From Selaginella moellendorffii (Eukaryota > Plantae > Lycopodiophyta): a DNA stretch of 64,000 nt. Below the pieces are notes generated by a model that did not search any database, was not told the DNA's origin, and saw nothing but the letters and a program-made list of their open reading frames with translations. The translations under genes and the position numbers were made by a program. Within the stretch, counting starts at the first letter, position 1, and each line of letters begins with the position of its first letter. This document shows, one piece after another, positions 1 through 11,808 of this stretch. The DNA is taken from the NCBI RefSeq assembly GCF_000143415.4, contig NW_003314373.1:310001-374000 (forward strand), given 5' to 3'.

Positions 1-21
1 TCGATCGACGAGCTAGGGTTT

Positions 22-2706
22 ATGGTACTATGGCGATTCAAGCTGCGGCATCTGGATCGACCGAGGCGCGCGCCGGCATTCTTGGAATCCCTGGCGCCCG
101 TCGCAGTAGTATCATCCGATCAAGACGATCTGGAGAGCGCTCTCCACAGGCTAGACCAGGGCGCGAGGGTGGAGTCGGACGAATTCGCGGCTCTACTCCG
201 GCAATGTGGGATCCAGGGCGCGCTCCCAGAGGGCCGGAAGATCCACGAACACATGGTGAGACGCGGCTACCAGGGTGAAAGATACCTCGAGAACTTGCTG
301 GTGGAGATGTATGGTAAGTGTGGGAGCTTGCCCGAGGCGTGGGATTGCTTCGCCCGGATCGCGCTTCCAAACCTCTACTCCTGGACGATTCTCATCACTG
401 CATATGCCCAAAACGGGCATTTGGATGAGGCACTGGTGTTCTTTAGCAAAATGGCTCTGGAGGGGATCAAGGCCAACGCCATCACCTTCGTCGTCGCTAT
501 CAATGCGTGCGCCATGCTCGGAGATCCCAGACGCGGTAAGGCTCTTCACGATTTCCTTGTTCCTTGTGGTTTTTTCGATTCCAGTCTTGTTGGAAACTCT
601 CTGATTCACATGTATGGCAAATGCAGGGACTTGGACGCGGCCAAAAGCGCTTTCAACGAGTTGAAGAAGAAAGATGTGGTGACTTGGAACTCGATCATAT
701 CGGCTTACGCGCAGAATGGTCGTGGGAAGGAAGCTCTCGAGCTCTACAACGACATGGACTGGACGCCGGACAAGATAACGTACGTCGGTGCTATCGAGGC
801 TTGTGCGAGCTCGCAAGACTTAGAACAGGGTAGAATGATCCACGCTAGGATTGACAAAGGTGGCGTCAAGCCCGACACAGTTCTCGAGAACAGCATCCTC
901 AACATGTACTGGAAGTGCCGGAGCCTAGACGATGCCAAGGCCATGTTTGCGACGATGGACAGTCCTTCGTTCGTGGCATGGAATATCATGATCCTGGCTT
1001 ACGCTCACAGCGGATACGTGAAGGAAGCACTCGAGACGTTCCAAAAGATGGACATTGAAGGTGTCGAGGCTGACTGCGTGAGCTTCTCCAGTGCTCTCGA
1101 CGCCTGTGCGCACGCGAAGGCACTAGAGTTTGGCAAGGCGATTCATGACAGCCTCGGTTGCTCGGACTCGAGAGCTGTTTGCGTCAACAACGCTCTCACG
1201 AACTTCTATGGGAGGTGTGGTCGTCCGGAGGATGCCAGGATTATCTTCGACCAGATGCCAATGAGAGACGTGATCTCGTGGACAGCCATGATCTCTGTTT
1301 ACGTCGAGACGGGATTCTCCGGAGAAGCTCTGGCTTTGTACAGGGAGATGTGCTTGGAGGGAGGAAAGCCGAATCAGGTGACGTTGAAGATCGCTCTGGA
1401 TGCTTGTGCGGAGCTGGGGGATCTATCAGCCGGGAAGGGAATTCATTCCTGCGTTCTCTGGAGCGAAGAAACGGCACCTCAAGTCGGTAACACGCTCGTC
1501 AACTTCTACAGTAGGTGTGGTGAAGTCCGGCTAGCTCGAGCAGCCTTTGACAAACTCCGAGAGCGGGACATGGCCTCCTGGACGACGATGTTTCGGGCCT
1601 ACGGCAACAATGGCGACGACCGGGAAGTCATCCAGCTCTTTCACGAGATGGTTCTCTCCGACGAACTACAGCCCGACACAGTCATCTTCAGCATCGCTTT
1701 GCAGTCGTGTGCCAACGTGAAGTCTCTAGCGGATGGCAAGGCGATTCACAAGTCTCTAGCCGACAGCAGCGAAGCCGTCCAGACCGACGTGGTTGTGTGC
1801 AACACGCTGCTGTCCATGTACGCCAAGTGTGGGGCCTCGGCCCACGCGAGAGCCGTGTTTGAGAGCATGAGCCGCCGGAACGTCATCACCTGGAACGGGA
1901 TCATGAAAGCTTACGCTTTGCAAGGCGAATTTGGCGAGGCACTGGCGCTGTTCCAGCGGCTCGAGGCCGAGAAGGAGGTGAAGCCCGACCGCGTGACGTT
2001 CGTGGTGGCAATCGACTGCTGCGCCTGCAAGCCATGCCTGGAAGAAGGGAGGAGAATCCACGCCAGTGTAGTTGCTTCCGGCCTCGACCTGGACCTCATC
2101 ATCGGCAACACGCTGGTAAACATGTATGGGAAGTGTGGACAAGTTGGAACCGCGAGGGGGCTGTTCGACAAGATGGTCGTCCGGGACGTGGTAACTTGGT
2201 CATCGCTGCTGGCAACGTATGCTTCCAACGGGCACGGCATGGAAGGACTGGAGCTCTTCCGGCTGATGCAGCAGGACTACACGGAGCCAAACGAAGTTAC
2301 GTTCCTGGGGGTGCTCTTCGCTTGCAGCCACCTCGGGTTCGTCCGCGAGTCCAAGAGCTACTTGTTCGCGATGCAGCGAGACTATGGACTGACGCCCGGC
2401 CAGGAGCACTTCTCGTGCGTGATCGATCTCCTAGCTCGCTCCGGGAGGCTGGACGAGGCCGAGGAGCTGGTTCGCGGCCTGCCGTTCCAGCCGGACAACG
2501 TGATCGTCACGTCGCTGCTGGGGGCTTGCACGACTCAGGGGGACTTGAAGCGCGGGATCCGAGCGGCGGAGCTGGTTTTCGGCCTGGACGCGAGCGACCA
2601 GGTGCCGTATGTGCTGCTGTGGAACATCTTCGCGGCCGCGGGGCACTGGGACGGCGTGGAGAGAGTGGAGAAGGCGCTTGGATGGAGGGCGCTGGAATTC
2701 ACTTGA
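22..2706 (+). CDS. PLS-class pentatricopeptide repeat protein with C-terminal E domain (no DYW); probable organellar RNA-editing factor
   Basis: Intronless 894-aa ORF with repeated P-L-S triplets (NxLVxMYGKCG, DVVTWNSIISAYAQNG, PNEVTFLGVLFACSHLG), then EHFSCVIDLLARSGRLDEAE and an E-domain-like tail; ends before any DYW motif. Confidence 0.95.
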   Translation: MVLWRFKLRHLDRPRRAPAFLESLAPVAVVSSDQDDLESALHRLDQGARVESDEFAALLRQCGIQGALPEGRKIHEHMVRRGYQGERYLENLLVEMYGKCGSLPEAWDCFARIALPNLYSWTILITAYAQNGHLDEALVFFSKMALEGIKANAITFVVAINACAMLGDPRRGKALHDFLVPCGFFDSSLVGNSLIHMYGKCRDLDAAKSAFNELKKKDVVTWNSIISAYAQNGRGKEALELYNDMDWTPDKITYVGAIEACASSQDLEQGRMIHARIDKGGVKPDTVLENSILNMYWKCRSLDDAKAMFATMDSPSFVAWNIMILAYAHSGYVKEALETFQKMDIEGVEADCVSFSSALDACAHAKALEFGKAIHDSLGCSDSRAVCVNNALTNFYGRCGRPEDARIIFDQMPMRDVISWTAMISVYVETGFSGEALALYREMCLEGGKPNQVTLKIALDACAELGDLSAGKGIHSCVLWSEETAPQVGNTLVNFYSRCGEVRLARAAFDKLRERDMASWTTMFRAYGNNGDDREVIQLFHEMVLSDELQPDTVIFSIALQSCANVKSLADGKAIHKSLADSSEAVQTDVVVCNTLLSMYAKCGASAHARAVFESMSRRNVITWNGIMKAYALQGEFGEALALFQRLEAEKEVKPDRVTFVVAIDCCACKPCLEEGRRIHASVVASGLDLDLIIGNTLVNMYGKCGQVGTARGLFDKMVVRDVVTWSSLLATYASNGHGMEGLELFRLMQQDYTEPNEVTFLGVLFACSHLGFVRESKSYLFAMQRDYGLTPGQEHFSCVIDLLARSGRLDEAEELVRGLPFQPDNVIVTSLLGACTTQGDLKRGIRAAELVFGLDASDQVPYVLLWNIFAAAGHWDGVERVEKALGWRALEFT

Positions 2707-2925
2707 AAATGGTCGATCGAAACCATGGTCGATTCATCGTGAAAATGGTCGATCCATCGTGTGTGTGAGTCTCCAGGGAAGTGGTCGATCGCACAGTGGA
2801 AGTTTTGGGCGCTCCGAGAACACCGGAAACTATCGCGAGGAAGAAGGGCGAATATCCTGGAATTGGAGATCCTATTTTTCCCTTGGGCATTAATCTATTT
2901 TAGGGTTCCTGGCTTGGGAGGGATT

Positions 2926-2933
2926 TAGGGTTT
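2926..2933 (-). promoter_or_regulatory. Telo-box (AAACCCTA) immediately upstream of the capping-enzyme ATG
   Basis: TAGGGTTT at 2926-2933, just before the ATG at 2938; similar motifs occur near other gene starts (about 14, 22832, 25847). Confidence 0.4.
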
Positions 2934-2937
2934 GTGG

Positions 2938-5667
2938 ATGGATCTCAACGTGCTGCCAGAGGAGACGGAGGAGGAGGAGGAATGCCAGGTCGCATTGCAG
3001 GAGGAAATTGAAGCGGCGGCGGAAGAGAATCCAGAGGAGGAGGAGGCGGCGGAGGAGGATGGCCGCGTCGAGACGGGCGTGGAGACGTATCGGCGGGTAA
3101 ATGAGAGAGAGAGATTGAAATATCGAATTGAGAATCCCTTGTCTCGCCCAGGAGCGCGAGGAACGAAGGGCGAGGCTGAAACGAAAGCTTGAGAACGCTT
3201 CTATACAACCCGAGAAACCCCGCCGGGCTCCAGCAGCTCCAGCTCCGCCCCCACCGCAGCAACAGTATGCTGCTTCTTCGATTCCTTTGATTCCCAAGGG
3301 TACCACTCAGATTTTTTGTTCTTGGTTTCGTTTTCATTTGGTTTTCCTTAGGCTGGATCGATTGTCCTCCATTTGGCGAGCCTGTTCTCAGGTTTGTCCC
3401 ATCTAAAGTCTTTCTTGGGGAGGCCTACAATGCTGCCATAGAGCCGGGGAAGCGATATAGCTGGAAGCGTATCCTACGACAGCACAAGGATGTTGGTTTG
3501 ATAATCGATCTCACCAACACGACCAGATACTACTCCGCGAACGAAGTGACGAGAGCTGGTCTCAGCCATTTCAAAGTAAGCTGCTTTTTCTTGCTTCTGT
3601 GTATTACATCGTCTTGCTCACTGCTTAGATTCCATGCAAAGGTAGGAACGAAGTCCCTGACGCTGAGGCTGTAAATACTTTTGTCTATGAGGTATGCGAT
3701 TCTGTTTTCTATGGCGTAATGCCGGTGTAACTGTTGCGCTTAGACACATCGCTACCTTCAAAGATCCAAGACCTCACGCGTCCTCGTTCACTGCACGCAC
3801 GGATTTAACAGGACCGGGTACATGATTGTCAACTATCTCGTTCGCTATTGCGGCCTCCCCGTGACTCAGGTGTGCTTATTGTTTTTATTTTTGTCTCGCA
3901 TTCGGAACTTTGATTTCTTTCCGTGTAGGCTCTCGCAAAATTCGCCGCTGCAAGGCCTCCCGGTATCTATAAAAAGAGCTACATTCGGAAATTATATGCG
4001 CTCTACCACGACCCCACTCCTTTCGCTGCTCCTGCTGTTCCTGATTGGAAAAGGCTCGATTTGAATGGTACCGTCGATGATGATGACGGCGATGACGACG
4101 AGGACGACCATACGCTAGACCGGCAAGAAAACGCTGCTCCAATGACAAACGATGATGTTCTTGGCGATGCAATTTCAAGTGAGGAGCAAATCGAACTCCA
4201 ACGATTGTGTCTGTCGTTGCTTGACCTGGTAAGCCATCGGAATTCTTCGGCTGATCTGTTCGACTTCAACCTCCAGGCTTCACAATCCAGAAACATGTCT
4301 TTTCCAGGCTCACATCCCGTGTCGCTGGACAGGTACGCTCCTTTCTTGTTATGTATCTGATTCTTACAAGGCCTGGGCAGGAGCAAGCTTCAACTGCTGA
4401 AACAACATTACTATTTTGCAACGTGGAAAGCGGATGGAACCAGATACATGATGCTCTTACTTTCTTATGGCTGCTACCTTATTGATAGGAAGTTTGAGTT
4501 TAGGAGAATCCAGATGCGGTTTCCTCATCCTCGAAAGGTGTGGAATTGCGAAGTTGGTTGAGACTATTCTACTCTCTATCTTGTTTAGGACTCTCCTTTG
4601 CCCGTGCATCATATGACGCTCCTAGACGGAGAAATGGTGATTGACAAACATCCAGAGACGGGGAAACTGGAGAGGAGGTACCTCATATATGACATGATGG
4701 TCGTTAACGCCGAGTCACTTGTCAAGGTTCGTCCGATTGTTCGTGGAGCTATTTAGCCTGGTTGACTTTTGCAGAAACCCTTTTCGCAAAGATTTCATGG
4801 GATAGAATCGGACGTTATAAGGCCCAGACACAATGACGCGGGCTCAAGTGGCTACCTTTACAAGGATGAAGAATTCAGAGTATGAAACCTTTGGGACCAT
4901 GTTTGTGCTTCACCTGCTTCGCTTTGTTTTTTTCCAGGTCCGTAGGAAAAACTTTTGGCCCCTTTCGAGCACAAAACTGCTTTTCCAGAAGCTCATTCCC
5001 GGTCTTTCGCACCGATCAGATGGACTCATCTTCCAGGTTTGTAACTTGATCATACTTGTCGGCCGACACAAGCTCGTTTTCGCAATGCAGGGATTTGAGA
5101 TGCCATATGTTTGCCGAACGTCAGATAGTTTACTGAAGTGGAAGTTTCCCAGTTTAAACTCAGTGGATTTTTACCTTCAGGTGGGACGCTAATGGCTGTC
5201 TATCACGTTCTAAGTTTTGGGATGTTTGCTTTCAGAGATCAGGGGATACTTTTACTTTGTCGCTGTTAGAGAAAGGAAACCATCAAGTGCTCCCGGGAGC
5301 TTCTGTAAGTTTTGATGGTAAGTCGCCTGGCAAGTACGCGGCGATCCTGATTCTCGGCTTGACAGACTCGGTTGATCCCTCGACGCTGGAGAACAAGGTG
5401 ATCGAGTGCTCGTGGAACAACGAGAGGCAGTCCTGGGAATTCATGCGATTGAGGCCGGACAAGCCGCTTGCAAACGCGTTCAACACGTATAGAAAGGTTT
5501 GCGCGCTAAGCTGAGCTAGCGGGGTTTCTTACGCATTCTTGCCATGTTGATCTCAGGTATTCAATAGCATCAAGGACAACATCACACAGGAAGAGCTAGT
5601 TGAGGAGATCGACAGAACGGTCAAGCTCCCCATGTACAAAGAAAAGGACAAACAGTTTCTGAAGTAA
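2938..5667 (+). CDS. mRNA capping enzyme (RNA 5'-triphosphatase + guanylyltransferase), multi-exon
   Basis: Exons encode VHCTHGFNRTG (cysteine-phosphatase motif, ~3786), FPGSHPVSL, TWKADGTRY (KxDG guanylylation motif, ~4421), LLDGEM, DGLIF, LLKWKF and RLRPDKPLAN; many short GT-AG introns; stop TAA at 5665-5667. Confidence 0.93.
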
Positions 5668-5867
5668 GTTAAGCTGACTTGTCCGCAGATGGAGGAGAAA
5701 CTATACATTTATGTTGTTCAACCAAAAGCTAAGTAGTCAAAAGAATGGTGTTGATTACGATTACCAAGGCATAGAAGAAGTTTCCTCTCAAAAGTGGAGA
5801 CGCATACCTTCGTCTTTTTCTTGAATGCAGCGAAAGCAATTTGCCAACAATGTGTGCTCCTTGCTTA

Positions 5868-6168
5868 TGCCACTTTCATATCCTCCAAAAAATCGAAGTA
5901 CGAGGCACTCAAACTAAAGCTAACTCATGAGAGACTTGGGTTTATAGCTATATATATAAGTATGAATAGAAACATGCAAATATGAGTGTCATTATAAAGG
6001 CAAATGATTCTCCCATACACTTTATCGAGTTAAATTTCCCACAAAAGACTTTAGAATATTTTCCAATAGCTAATTTATAATCTTTATTTGCCCATTTGAT
6101 TATGGATTTTTACCACTACTCATACTCAATTTATCTTTAACTTCTCAAAAATCATTTGCCAAAACTTA
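5868..6168 (+). repeat. ~300-bp dispersed AT-rich repeat, copy 1 (copies 2 and 3 at 36564-36895 and 43064-43395)
   Basis: Collinear shared blocks tgccactttcatatcctc...ctcatgagagactt...gattctcccatac...tcaaaaatcatttgccaaaactta in all three places. Confidence 0.85.
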
Positions 6169-6489
6169 AATGTGAACTTAAGATCCCAACCATTTACAAT
6201 CTTTGATGATACATAGTACAAAGAACTGGTCTCCTAGAGCTGGACAAACGCTACACAATAACTTGCTACAATTGTGCATGGTTTGAGCTTCTTGGCTGCC
6301 ATGAAATCGTTAAACAACCTTGTCTTTTGTAGGACTGTTCAAGCGGCACAAACATCAACACATAATTAGATCATATTCAGTTCTAATTGTTTTCACATGT
6401 TCGTGGAGAAGAATCTTTGAATGTCAAGTTGACAATTATTTGCCAGGTTTGTTATAAGTGGCGTCACAACTCCCAAAAATCAAACTAGA

Positions 6490-7265
6490 ATGGAATTGAC
6501 ATGGCTTCTCTTGCTGCTCTTCTTTCTGACCATGGGCTTCACTGCTTTAAGGAGGAACATTGCCTCCATCTCCAGGATGGCCACTTCGACGTTTTGGCCA
6601 CCTCTATCTTGTTGGGAAGGAAGCACACGGATCTCCGCAAGCACTCTTCCGAAAATGTGGCCCAATCATGTATCTGAAGCTGGGACTAGTGCCAAGCATC
6701 GTTGTCTCCAGTCCAGGACAATGGCTTGGCATTTGCTTCGGCTCACCATAGCGCACTCCAATTCCCACATTGTTGTAGCCAACGAGCTCATTGATCAAAA
6801 GATATGGCCTCTATAAAGTGGCTGCGAAAGATTTGCCAAGTTACAAAGCAGAGAATAGATTCTTTTTCTTGGGTGAGATCAGAAGAACTGTCAAGAGTCT
6901 TTCGAGAACCGAATGATAGGAAAGCGGCAGTAAACTTGCGAGAGCTCAAGATTGTCAACTTTCACATTCAACGGATATATTGATGAGCAAGAGATTTTTT
7001 GGTGATGCTTCCAGAAGTAAACCAAAAATCCATAGAGTCCCAGAGATCTGTACTCCAGAGCTTAAGCATGGGCGCCAAGTTCCACATTACTGAGTTTATT
7101 CCAGCCTACCTTGAGTGGCATCCGTCAATTCAAGAAGATATATGAGATTCAAGACAATTCTTGCAGAAAATACTCGAATCACGTCAGGGTCCCAAGGATT
7201 TCATGGATGTCATGCTAGAGAACTTAAAGGAGGAAGGGAGGGGTTGTCAAAGCAATGATAACAGA
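6490..7265 (+). pseudogene. Cytochrome P450 pseudogene (5' exon), paralogue of the P450 at 26185
   Basis: Membrane anchor, PPSPGWPL..GHL, GPIMYLKLGLVPSIVVSSP, FHITEFIP and PKDFMD are recognisable in shifting frames with stops; no heme-binding exon follows. Confidence 0.88.
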
Positions 7266-7310
7266 TAGAAAATTATCAAACTAGACCAAATCAACATGCC
7301 AACATTTTGA

Positions 7311-7410
7311 GCCAGACAAGCTGCTTACAAACGCGTTCAACATGTATAGAAAGGTTTTCACTCTAAGCTGAGCTAGCTGGGTTTCTTATGCATTCTTTGG
7401 CATGTTGATA
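7311..7410 (+). repeat. ~100-bp duplicated fragment of the capping-enzyme gene (exon end + intron, source ~5454-5550)
   Basis: gccagacaagctgcttacaaacgcgttcaacatgtatagaaaggttt...ctaagctgagctagc matches gccggacaagccgcttgcaaacgcgttcaacacgtatagaaaggttt...ctaagctgagctagc. Confidence 0.9.
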
Positions 7411-7534
7411 TGGTTTTATATCCAATCATGTCAATTGATATGATTGATCATATGATATATTATATCCATTGATCATATGATTAATCAATATGGTTTGGAT
7501 ATAATTGATATGATTGGATATAACATATCAACAT
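7402..7534. repeat. AT-rich foldback (inverted repeat), MITE-like
   Basis: atgttgatatg(gtt)ttatatccaatcatgtcaatt pairs with aattgatatgattggatataacatatcaacat; flanked by direct repeats attctt(t)ggcatgttgatatggttt. Confidence 0.7.
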
Positions 7535-8304
7535 TCTTGGCATGTTGATATGGTTTGATAATTTTCGCTTATCAGGGTAGAGGTAAGTTGCAACTACAGT
7601 TTTCTTTGGGTATGAGGCGCAACTAGGCATTTCCCACCTCTGGGCATTTGCAGTTCATGCCAGTGCAAGAAAGAAGTAGCTCAGTGGAGTACAAGGCACA
7701 AACTATTTCATCAGATCAGGCTCGTGGATGGTTACTTCATGAGTTAATTTTTAAGAGTGCATCTCAGATAACAAGTCGGATTTCGAGATGACGAGATGAG
7801 ATTGACTTTTATAAAGTTGCAGATTCCGACTTTAGGCATTTAGAACTCAATATGGAGTGTTCTAAATCTCTCTGTTTGTGGACTCTGCTTCAATGTTAAT
7901 TAAGAACAACTCTATCAAAAATAATGTTAGCCACAAATTCCTTTGCTTCATAAACTAGCCACCAATGGCAACCTCAAGAAACTAAATGAGCCTCACATAA
8001 AGGGATTCCAAAATCAATATAACTATAGAGAAAAGATGGGTAAAATGGATATACAGCATACAACACCACCATCTTCGGTTTGACCCATTTTTTGGCAGCT
8101 CCCACTTTAGTGCCATGATCTATTTTTGGTTGTTAGGTTTATCCTCTACTAACAGTCTACAAGTTTGCCTTTTGATTGTAATCTTGCTATTTAATCATCT
8201 AACTGCTATAATTTCTTGAGTAAGTATTCCAGCAGCCGATATATATAAATATGTCACTCTGAACAGCTGCTTTGGCATAGCAAAAGCACTACTGACAAAA
8301 TCAA

Positions 8305-8724
8305 TCAATGATCCAGTTTCATCCATACAGACACTTCTTTGTCATAGTTTCCTTCTCCTACACAGCTGCCTGAGACTAAAGTGGTGGAATGCAACACCAT
8401 TAATTTCTTTTGTACTGACTGGACGATATCTACATAAGATTTCTCCCATCTAGACTCATCTGTCCGTAATGCACTTTGGGATCCACCAGTTTGGAGATAT
8501 AGTGAAGATCTCAAATACCTTGCAAAATGAAGCAACCAACATTGGAAGTCCTCACACCCATCCTCTGTCAGAGCTCTCACCCATGCTTGTACTTTCCCCA
8601 CCAGCGACCTCATAAACTTCAAACACTGTGCTATGTCTGTCAAGATATGATTAGAGGCACAATATTGAGTGAAATTATTAATATGATCATGTGGAAGAAA
8701 CCCTGAAAACATAGGCAAATTCAT
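8305..8724 (-). mobile_element. Degenerate LTR-retrotransposon (Ty3/gypsy-type) gag remnant
   Basis: LPMFSG..PHDHINNF...C.........F.RSLVGKVQAWVRAL resembles the Retrotrans_gag consensus (LP.F.G..DP..H...F ... F..SL.G.A..W...L); CpG-depleted context. Confidence 0.55.
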
Positions 8725-9522
8725 GGCGTGCTAGAGAAAGTGGATTGTTAGGTGTTCCATGTTGAGCTCCAAATGCCCAAAGTCAGAATTTGCACCAATG
8801 AAAAAGACCACTATCCAAGATGCACTCCTGGAAATCTAGTTCGTGACACAAAATGATGCCACCATTTTTACCATCACTATAGTTGCCTATGAGATCTCTT
8901 TGATGCTGAGATCTTAAATTCTTTCAAAGAGAACAACAATGTGAGTGGCCTTAGCATCAAACTTTTGTGTAATTCTTGTTCTACCTATAAGTATTGAAGA
9001 GATTTGACTCCCATACAACAAGTGGTGGTGAGAAAACGAAAAAGACATTTGCAGCACTTCTATGCTATGATTTGGGTAGAAACAGTGGCGTCATTGTGTC
9101 GTGCTCTATATTATACACTTGGAACTAGAGATAAAGATTGGCAAGGCATTTTAATTATCTATTGAAAAACTTAGATTAGCCAAAAGATTTTTTAACTTCC
9201 TAGTTTCTTTATTTGTAGCTTGCGTTTTCATCTGAGCGTTTCGGCTCACAGGTCCAGAACTTGAAAAAAATATATGATCAGGCTAAGCGTTTCGGGTCAC
9301 ATAGAGAACTTGACAGAATATGTGATCTGACATATTCCGTCAAGTCCTTTCAGGTTTTGCATGATTGAAAGCTGTCGGATCGCTTATAAAATTTATATTT
9401 TTTTGCTATTCCTAGCAAAAAAATAATCATTAAATAAATTTATAAATCATGAATGAAATGTAATAAGCAACCAAATGTTTTTACCTCTTGCCCTAAAAAC
9501 AGAGATTAGGGCTTTGCTTGAG

Positions 9523-10312
9523 ATGGGGAGTGCTGTCTATGGCGGCATTGCGGTGAGCAGGATCCGGGGAGTCGCGGCGGCCGCCGGCAGCGGCAGATTC
9601 AAGCCGGAGTCTTCGATCTACTGCAAATGCCGGGCTTACAATGGCGACGGGAGCAGTGGGAATGGCGGGAACGGAGGCGACAAGAGGCCCCCCCAGGATG
9701 CGCTTCTCAGGGCGCTCTCAGGTTTTGTTTCTGGCGATTGGTGTGTGGTGGCTGGGATTGAGCGAGTTTTGGATTCGCAGAGGTTTCCAAGCGCGATGGT
9801 CGAGTGGGGAAGACTCTCAATGTCGTGATTGGAGGCTATCTTCCTGAGGATCAATGGAAGGCATTGGACGAACGGGTATGTGAGACTGAAAGAAAGAAAA
9901 GCTTGCAATCTAACAGCCTCTTTAAAGCTTTGCACCAGGTGAATCTCTACCCGATGGTGAGGAGATTCACAGCGATTGGGAGAGGAGGCGACGATTTCGC
10001 GCAGGCGATGGTGGTTGCCGTGGAGACTGTTCTTCAGTCTCCAATTCCACGGGTAAAGTTTCGTGTTTTTCCTTTCTCTTTTCTTACGAGAGATGTTTGA
10101 CACAGGCCTGGGTTTCCAAGAGATTGTCGTCCAGAGGCAAGTATATATCCGTGAGAATCGGCCCCGTCGTGGTGAATTCCGGAGATCAAGTAAGTGAAAC
10201 GTTTCCAGCGCTAGAGAAGGAGCTTACCATCCATAGATTTTTCTTCTTCCAACAGGTTCGAGCTGTCTATAACGCGATGAGACGGGACGTGCGAATGAAA
10301 TACTTCTTGTAG
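9523..10312 (+). CDS. DUF493/YbeD-like plastid-targeted protein, multi-exon
   Basis: Transit-peptide-like N-terminus; spliced core VNLYPMVRRFTAIGRGGDDFAQAMV...SSRGKYISVRIGPVVVNSGDQVRAVYNAMRRDVRMKYFL. Confidence 0.8.
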
Positions 10313-10760
10313 CTCTTCGATCCATTTATAAGAATCCATCCCAAGTAAGATCCATACTTTATTTTTTCTCGTCCAATTTTTTTTTTTTTTTCATCCATTG
10401 TTTGATCGTAATTCCTTTCTTCTTTCTTTAACAGGGAGCCTCACGCATTCGTTTGAGTTGTACATAGGAAAAAAAAAAGCTTTCGCTCGCTTGGATGGAA
10501 TTGAACCGGCGACCTGGAGAGTCTGACAAGTGTCGCAACCGCGTATCGCTAGATCAGCAGTCAATGGAAGCCCGGCATTTCAAATTTGCTCGATAGGGTT
10601 CCAAGGCTCTTCCTCTTTTCCACGCTCTCTCTCACGCGCTGTCCACCGATCGATCGATCAATCAATTCGAGCTCCGGATCACGCCAGGTGTGCCTTTGGT
10701 CTTTGCTTCCTCCTGTGGCAGGGATTTCACTCAGGGAATGCGACTGGGATTGTCGCGGCC

Positions 10761-11750
10761 ATGACAGTGGAGGTGGTTGTGGAAAATGGAGGCGCCGAGG
10801 TGTCGCCGGTGGCCAAGATTGTCACGCTGGATGTTAAGCGGCAAGGCTCTGCCGAGATTAACGTTACTCCCAATCCTTCCATGGAGGATGAGGGCGATAG
10901 GATCGATCTAGTCAGAGATTCCGAAGGGAGATGGGTCGTGCGGTGGTGGAAGGCTCGAATTTCACGGCCTTTCATGCTTATCGTTCGCAGGTAGAGTTTT
11001 CTTTTCCCTTTTTTCGTTCCTCTTTTGATTGTGGATTTTCAGAGGAACTGAGCCCAGGCAACTTGCCTTTTCTGCTGCTTTAGGCGTGACACTGGGAGTT
11101 TTCCCGATCTATGGTCAGTTTTTTCTTCACGATCTCTTTGACTTGGCCCAGAAAGGGAGAAAAAAATTTGTGCTTGCTGACTTTACTTGGCTCTTCGTTT
11201 TTGTAGGTGTGACGTTATTTTTGTGTGCGATCGCAGTTTGCGTTCTCAGATCCAGATGCCACGCTCCAACTTTGATGCTCACAAATTTCGTTGCTACTCC
11301 ACTAGAGCTCGCGTGAGTGCCAAAAAATCATACTTTTATATTTTCCCTGTCTTCTATCTCTTATTTCGCGATGCTTTTCAGGCTGTTGATCCCTTTCCTG
11401 CGGCTGGGAGAATGGCTAACGAACGGTGGACACATAATGCTCTCGTCCAACGCTCTCTGGAAGGCCGTCACTGGAAAAGCCACCAAATCTATACTTTTAA
11501 GCCTTCTCCATGCGGTAAACACAAAGATGGATCACATTTTTAAGCGAAGATGTGTGATGTCTCATTCGTTGGGTAGCTGACTCCACTTAACTGTTTATTA
11601 CAGCTTGTTGGCTGGGCTGTCGCAGCACCTGCGATCATGGCCCTCCTGTATTTCTGTTTCTTGCCCATATTCAGCTGTTTGATCCGGAGATACGGAGCAA
11701 AAACCGACCCCGGTCTTCAGATTGGACTTCTCGAAGAGGAAGAGCAGTAG
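10761..11750 (+). CDS. DUF2062-family membrane protein, multi-exon
   Basis: GTEPRQLAFSAALGVTLGVFPIYGVT...HAPTLMLTNFVATPLEL..LIPFLRLGE...HALVGWAV; stop TAG at 11748-11750. Confidence 0.78.
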
Positions 11751-11808
11751 AGGTGAGACTGATTTTTCTTGCGAGCTAACAATTTGTTTATTCCAGGGAT
11801 ACTTCAAG

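Noticed and set aside
2705-2790. Four short tggtcgat(c) repeats after the first PPR stop; CRISPR-like or regulatory array considered
   Set aside because: Repeats are too short and irregular, the context is eukaryotic, and GATC/TCGA motifs are common throughout the window
9231-9330. ~50-bp imperfect tandem duplicate (agcgtttcgg.tcaca...agaacttga)
   Set aside because: Only two degenerate units; ordinary local duplication
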